Assembly: GCA_002269645.1 (NCBI GenBank)
Contig: NIVC01000129.1
Location: 46,755 to 110,754, forward strand
Reading direction: 5' to 3'
Source of the DNA: Macrostomum lignano
Taxonomy: Eukaryota
Length of the DNA stretch: 64,000 bases
Position numbers and translations under genes: made by a program. Positions 63,360 through 64,000 of this stretch are shown here, one piece after another. Position 1 is the first letter of the stretch, and every line of letters starts with the position of its first letter. Below the pieces are notes generated by a model, which saw nothing but the letters and a program-made list of their open reading frames with translations, had not been told where the DNA came from and searched no databases.

Positions 63360-63710
63360 CCTTGACCCAGGCTGACCCAGATTGATGAAACATGACCTAT
63401 ATTGACCCAGGCTGACCCAGATTGATGAAACATGACCCATATTGACCCGGGCTGACCCACATTGACCCAGACTGACCCAGATTGGTGAAAAATGATCTAT
63501 ATTGACCCAGGCTGACCCATATTGATGAAACCTGACCCATATTGACCAAGGCTGACCCAGATGGATGAAACCTGACCCTTATTGACCCAGGCTGACCCAT
63601 ATTGACCCATTCTGACCCATATTGACCCAATCTGACCCATTTTGACCCAAACTGATTCTCTATTAACTGACCCACTTTATTACATTCTGCCCCACGTTGA
63701 CCCGCCTGAC
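63360..63710. repeat. 40-bp minisatellite built from 10-bp subunits, downstream of the TLK stop
   Basis: TTGACCCAGG-CTGACCCAGA-TTGATGAAAC-ATGACCCATA. Confidence 0.85.
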
Positions 63711-64000
63711 CCATCGGATTCTAATCTGGTCTACCCTGCCTACCTTCGCTAATCTAAATTAGTTAAATAATATTATGTATAATATTGCCATGAATCGCTT
63801 TGTGCTTGCTTTTATATTACTGTTAGTAGATTCACAAGCAAAGCAAATTGTTGTTTGTTGTTGTTGGTATTTTATATTATTTCCAGTCTCAATATGTGCG
63901 GTTCAAGAAGTTCCTGTTGCTTTAAATAAAATTAGTGTTCAAATTAATCAATTACTTCTTCTCTCCATCACTCCGGAGATCCTTGAATTGAAATATTGTA

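Overview
Repeat-rich eukaryotic (metazoan) genomic DNA. GC-rich, CAG/GCC-rich exons sit in introns inflated by locus-specific minisatellites. The style resembles free-living flatworms such as Macrostomum; that is an impression only. I reconstructed four spliced + strand genes by eye, each with phase-consistent GT-AG junctions: (1) a PDE4/dunce-type cAMP phosphodiesterase with 9 common exons (14385-25367) and at least four candidate alternative first exons (4296-11036); (2) a 217-aa secreted Cys-rich protein (29548-32063); (3) an atypical Ras/Rab-fold small GTPase (38165-39185); (4) a Tousled-like kinase (57475-63169). Mobile DNA includes a full-length but disrupted Ty3/Gypsy LTR retrotransposon (32567-37699). 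It has a -1 frameshift/pseudoknot signal and an LTR-like insert in its integrase. A 3.8-kb hAT-type non-autonomous element (42684-46501) carries a Penelope-like GIY-YIG fragment, a hammerhead ribozyme and a 3-kb minisatellite. There is also an intact DD34D mariner with about 198-bp TIRs (54552-56303), two MITEs, and a minisatellite-carrying dispersed element present in introns of both PDE4 and TLK. Most long ORFs in the supplied track are artefacts of stop-free tandem repeats. All coordinates were read by eye; array boundaries are approximate.
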